From: an uncultured Candidatus Saccharibacteria bacterium
GTDB lineage: Bacteria > Patescibacteriota > Minisyncoccia > Phycocordibacterales > UBA9973
NCBI GenBank assembly: GCA_964591665.1
Contig: CAZQCV010000002.1
Coordinates: 1-43,744, forward strand
Length of the DNA: 43,744 bases
Reading direction: 5' to 3'
This document shows positions 41,378 to 43,744 of the stretch, in pieces. The translations under genes were made by a program, and so were the position numbers. The notes below the pieces were generated by a model. The model was not told the DNA's origin, made no database searches, and saw only the letters and a list, made by a program, of their open reading frames with translations. Within the stretch, counting starts at the first letter, position 1; each line of letters begins with the position of its first letter.

Positions 41378-43093
41378 TTATCTTGTTTTATCTTCGGTCA
41401 CGCCTGGTTTTGTTGTGGTTGAAGGAGGAATATCTACACATCTTGGATCATCTGGGTTATAACTACAATAACAAGGTTTACTCTCCTCAAATGTTGTTGT
41501 GGGTGTACAAGTTACACAAGCATTTGTATTTATAGCGATACTTGCAGATGCTAGGGCTGGAGTATCCGGACTTGTCGTTGAACTATAACATTGAACTTTA
41601 TATGAACCACTAGACACAGGACTATATGTATCTGTAAGGCCTAGATTTCCTGTTGAAATACGTGTTGTACCTCTGAATACTCGACAAGTTGTTGCAGTCC
41701 CACCACCAGCTCTCCAAGAAATTCTCTGAGTCAATGGATTAGTTGCGGGAATATTACATGAACTACCTACCGCTATACTTGTTGGTGGCTCTGTTGCACA
41801 AGAAGGTGTGTCTATCGTTACCGTATTACTTGTCGCTACTTGTGTACCACTTGTGTTGTAACAACGAACTTCGAAGTTTCCACTTTCAGCAATAGGTGCT
41901 TTAGCATCGTTGAGTCCGAGACTCGTTGCATATACAGCACCGTCTTTAAAGAGTTTACAAGTCGTTGCTGCGCCTGTGTACTGCCATGTTGCTTTTGCTG
42001 TTGGATTTGTCGGACTATTGTCATAACAAGCCCAGTCAAGTGTCACAGGAATTATGTGACGTTGTACTGGTGCCCAGTTTGAATACACAGGACTGTTGTC
42101 TGAAGCACGAGTACAAGTGATACGATACTCGACTTTATCTGCAGGAACGGTAGTTGTTTGTGTTTGGTCAGCAGCAGGAGCGATACTTGGAGGAAGTAAG
42201 TTAGTATTACCAGTCCAACCTGGCGCAGTAATAGTAACTGGCGATCCAGGGATACTTACATCACGAGCTTCTGCCGTACATTTTGCAGGAGAGAATCCAT
42301 ATGGTGTTGTTGTGGTCTTCCAAGTAAGGGTGACGTTATATGGCGTTGAGACTGTCGAAGCGTTTGGAGTAAGCACAAGGTCAAGCACATTTGGGTCAAT
42401 AGTCACACTTGCACGACTTGCATCAATCCAACCCCAATTAAGTCCACCCCACCCGAAACCAGTAAGTGCCGCAGGGCTACCCAAGGTAACGCTACCGAAC
42501 TTTGGTCCATACGTACTCGTACCTGTAGCACAGTTTGGGTTAACTTGAACACCTGGGATGAGAAAGTTATGATCGTTTCTACAGTTCCAACTTATCCAAC
42601 CAGCACCTTTTCCTCCATTTGGTTGTCCAGAATCATACAAGCCACCATAGCCAGCACCACCGTCAATTTTTGCGTAGCCAACCAGCTCAGCATTATTCCA
42701 TGTTGTACCAGATTTTCTTACTTTGGTACGACACGCAACTTCTGCAGTACCACCCGCAGGCAAAAATCCTGCTGAATCTTGTGGACAGCCATTTGATGGT
42801 TCATCCATAGTAAGCCAACCCATGTAATCAGACCAAGCCTTCCCAGACCAGAAACCCTGTGCATCTTGTTTTACTCCATAATCCTGAGATGAAGGAGCCT
42901 GCGTATTACTACAATTAAGACTTATCCAACCAGCACCATCTGACCACATCCAACCTGAAACATTGTATTTTGTTGGATCACAAGAACCTGCTGCTTTTGC
43001 AGAAGGAGCACTAGAAATATTGCCAATTTGAAAACCAAATACAATGAGTGTAACGACCGCAAAATATGAGAGGATACGACGTGAGTAGTGCAT
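41378..43093 (-). CDS. Secreted Cys-rich protein: GW-repeat module followed by tandem Ig-like modules
   Basis: The signal/anchor is MHYSRRILSYFAVVTLIVFGFQIGNISSAPSAKA. The repeats are GWMWSDGAGWISLNC, GKAWSDYMGWLTMD, GAGWISWNC and GFGWGGLNWGWIDA. About three beta modules follow, with paired Cys (TTCKLFKDG...FEVRCYN and TTCRVFRGT...YKVQCYS). There is no C-terminal anchor. Confidence 0.8.
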   Translation of the reverse strand: MHYSRRILSYFAVVTLIVFGFQIGNISSAPSAKAAGSCDPTKYNVSGWMWSDGAGWISLNCSNTQAPSSQDYGVKQDAQGFWSGKAWSDYMGWLTMDEPSNGCPQDSAGFLPAGGTAEVACRTKVRKSGTTWNNAELVGYAKIDGGAGYGGLYDSGQPNGGKGAGWISWNCRNDHNFLIPGVQVNPNCATGTSTYGPKFGSVTLGSPAALTGFGWGGLNWGWIDASRASVTIDPNVLDLVLTPNASTVSTPYNVTLTWKTTTTPYGFSPAKCTAEARDVSIPGSPVTITAPGWTGNTNLLPPSIAPAADQTQTTTVPADKVEYRITCTRASDNSPVYSNWAPVQRHIIPVTLDWACYDNSPTNPTAKATWQYTGAATTCKLFKDGAVYATSLGLNDAKAPIAESGNFEVRCYNTSGTQVATSNTVTIDTPSCATEPPTSIAVGSSCNIPATNPLTQRISWRAGGGTATTCRVFRGTTRISTGNLGLTDTYSPVSSGSYKVQCYSSTTSPDTPALASASIAINTNACVTCTPTTTFEESKPCYCSYNPDDPRCVDIPPSTTTKPGVTEDKTR

Positions 43094-43114
43094 ATAGATA
43101 CTGTTTATTAATTA

Positions 43115-43453
43115 TTATTTTTGTAATGCTTCAAGTGCTTGAAGACGGTTCTGTGTTTGTTCTGGAGTAAGTGGTTTTTGTTCTTTCGCAAGTGCCTCAA
43201 GTGCGGTCACACGGAGTTTTGTTTCTGCTTCAGTGAGTGTCTTTGAATTTTTATCAAGTTCTTCAAGAGCTTGGAGTCGGGCACGGAGCGCGTCCTGAGC
43301 CATATCACGTTGTTTTTTTTCACGAAAAACATACAAAAGACCGCCAAGTGCTACAAGCGCAATCGCAAAGAGTGCAATGATTTTTGGATTCTTAAAAATA
43401 TTTTTTCCTGAACTTGTATCTTCGACGGGACCCATTGTTTGCAAGTTTTCCAT
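43115..43453 (-). CDS. Small N-anchored coiled-coil protein
   Basis: The sequence opens MENLQTMG and has a TM helix IIALFAIALVALGGLLYVF. Repeated LQALEEL/LEALAKE/LQALEALQK heptad-like segments follow. The start could be ATG 43451-43453 or the TTG at 43465. Confidence 0.6.
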   Translation of the reverse strand: MENLQTMGPVEDTSSGKNIFKNPKIIALFAIALVALGGLLYVFREKKQRDMAQDALRARLQALEELDKNSKTLTEAETKLRVTALEALAKEQKPLTPEQTQNRLQALEALQK

Positions 43454-43561
43454 AAAACACTTCAAAAGAAATTAGTATTAAAAGTATAAGGATAGTTTAC
43501 CATAAAAATAACTGTGAATATAGCACTAAAATAGGGCCTGTGGAAAAGTGGATAACAAAAT

Positions 43562-43591
43562 TTGACACATAGTAAAAAATAGTTGTATAAT
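43562..43591 (+). promoter_or_regulatory. Consensus sigma70 promoter (TTGACA-18 nt-TATAAT)
   Basis: TTGACA lies at 43562-43567 and TATAAT at 43586-43591, about 70 nt upstream of the ATG at 43661. Confidence 0.6.
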
Positions 43592-43660
43592 TTGACAAAG
43601 ACCGCAATGTGTGTTTTTTACTGAAATTTTAAAAAAATTGAAAATTAAATAAATTTAACC

Positions 43661-43744
43661 ATGAAAAAGTTATTAAAAAACTACCTAAAGGTTACTGCAA
43701 CCTTAATCTTCTGGTTTGTAATTACAAACACAGTAGAAGCAGAA
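43661..43744 (+). CDS. 5' end of a secreted or membrane protein (truncated by the window edge)
   Basis: The ATG at 43661 opens MKKLLKNYLKVTATLIFWFVITNTVEAE, which is signal-peptide-like. The frame stays open to the window end. Confidence 0.4.
   Translation, partial: MKKLLKNYLKVTATLIFWFVITNTVEAE

Noticed and set aside
43538-43556. Two DnaA-box-like words (TGTGGAAAA and AGTGGATAA), a possible replication-origin hint
   Set aside because: Each has one or two mismatches to TGTGGATAA and there are only two copies. There is no adjacent AT-rich unwinding repeat pattern or dnaA/dnaN, so this is most likely chance in AT-rich DNA.
1-43744. Alternative genetic code, such as the UGA recoding seen in some CPR lineages
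   Set aside because: All conserved genes (fusA, ileS, argS, glyQS, recJ and others) are full-length and uninterrupted under the standard code. No recoding is needed.

Overview
This is a compact, AT-leaning, gene-dense bacterial window with about 40 protein genes and short or overlapping intergenic gaps. I saw no rRNA, tRNA, CRISPR array, transposase or integrase. Most of the content is core housekeeping. Translation genes are the 5' end of tuf, fusA, rpsL-rpsG, rpmB, glyQS, ileS and argS. Glycolysis is represented by tpiA-pgk. DNA/RNA handling genes are recO, recJ, RNase HI and a ComEC split into two genes. dTTP and one-carbon genes are dut, tmk and glyA. A nucleotide-biosynthesis patch is built largely from fused genes: purC-purE, pyrE-pyrF, pyrC, a divergent pyrD-like gene and a PurN-like formyltransferase. 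Between these lie several large secreted or membrane proteins with no recognisable family, two NUDIX hydrolases, M16 and M50 proteases, an Fe/Mn SOD, a HIT protein and an HTTM-DCC fusion. The repertoire and style suggest a small-genome Patescibacteria/CPR (Parcubacteria-like) organism, but that is inference only. The most notable observations are as follows. (1) ileS carries an apparently intact histidine-phosphatase domain inserted in its catalytic core. (2) ileS is preceded by a textbook T-box antiterminator/terminator switch. (3) At least nine transcription units have a -10 (often TGn-extended) hexamer 6-7 nt upstream of the ATG, implying leaderless mRNAs. (4) Two unlinked envelope proteins share an unclassified G-aromatic-x-W...GW[ILV] repeat module. 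(5) There are several unusual gene fusions and one fission: PurC-PurE, PyrE-PyrF, HTTM-DCC, RNase HI with a C-terminal hybrid-binding domain, and split ComEC. All calls are motif-level readings of the supplied translations and DNA. No searches or folding were run, and domain boundaries are approximate.
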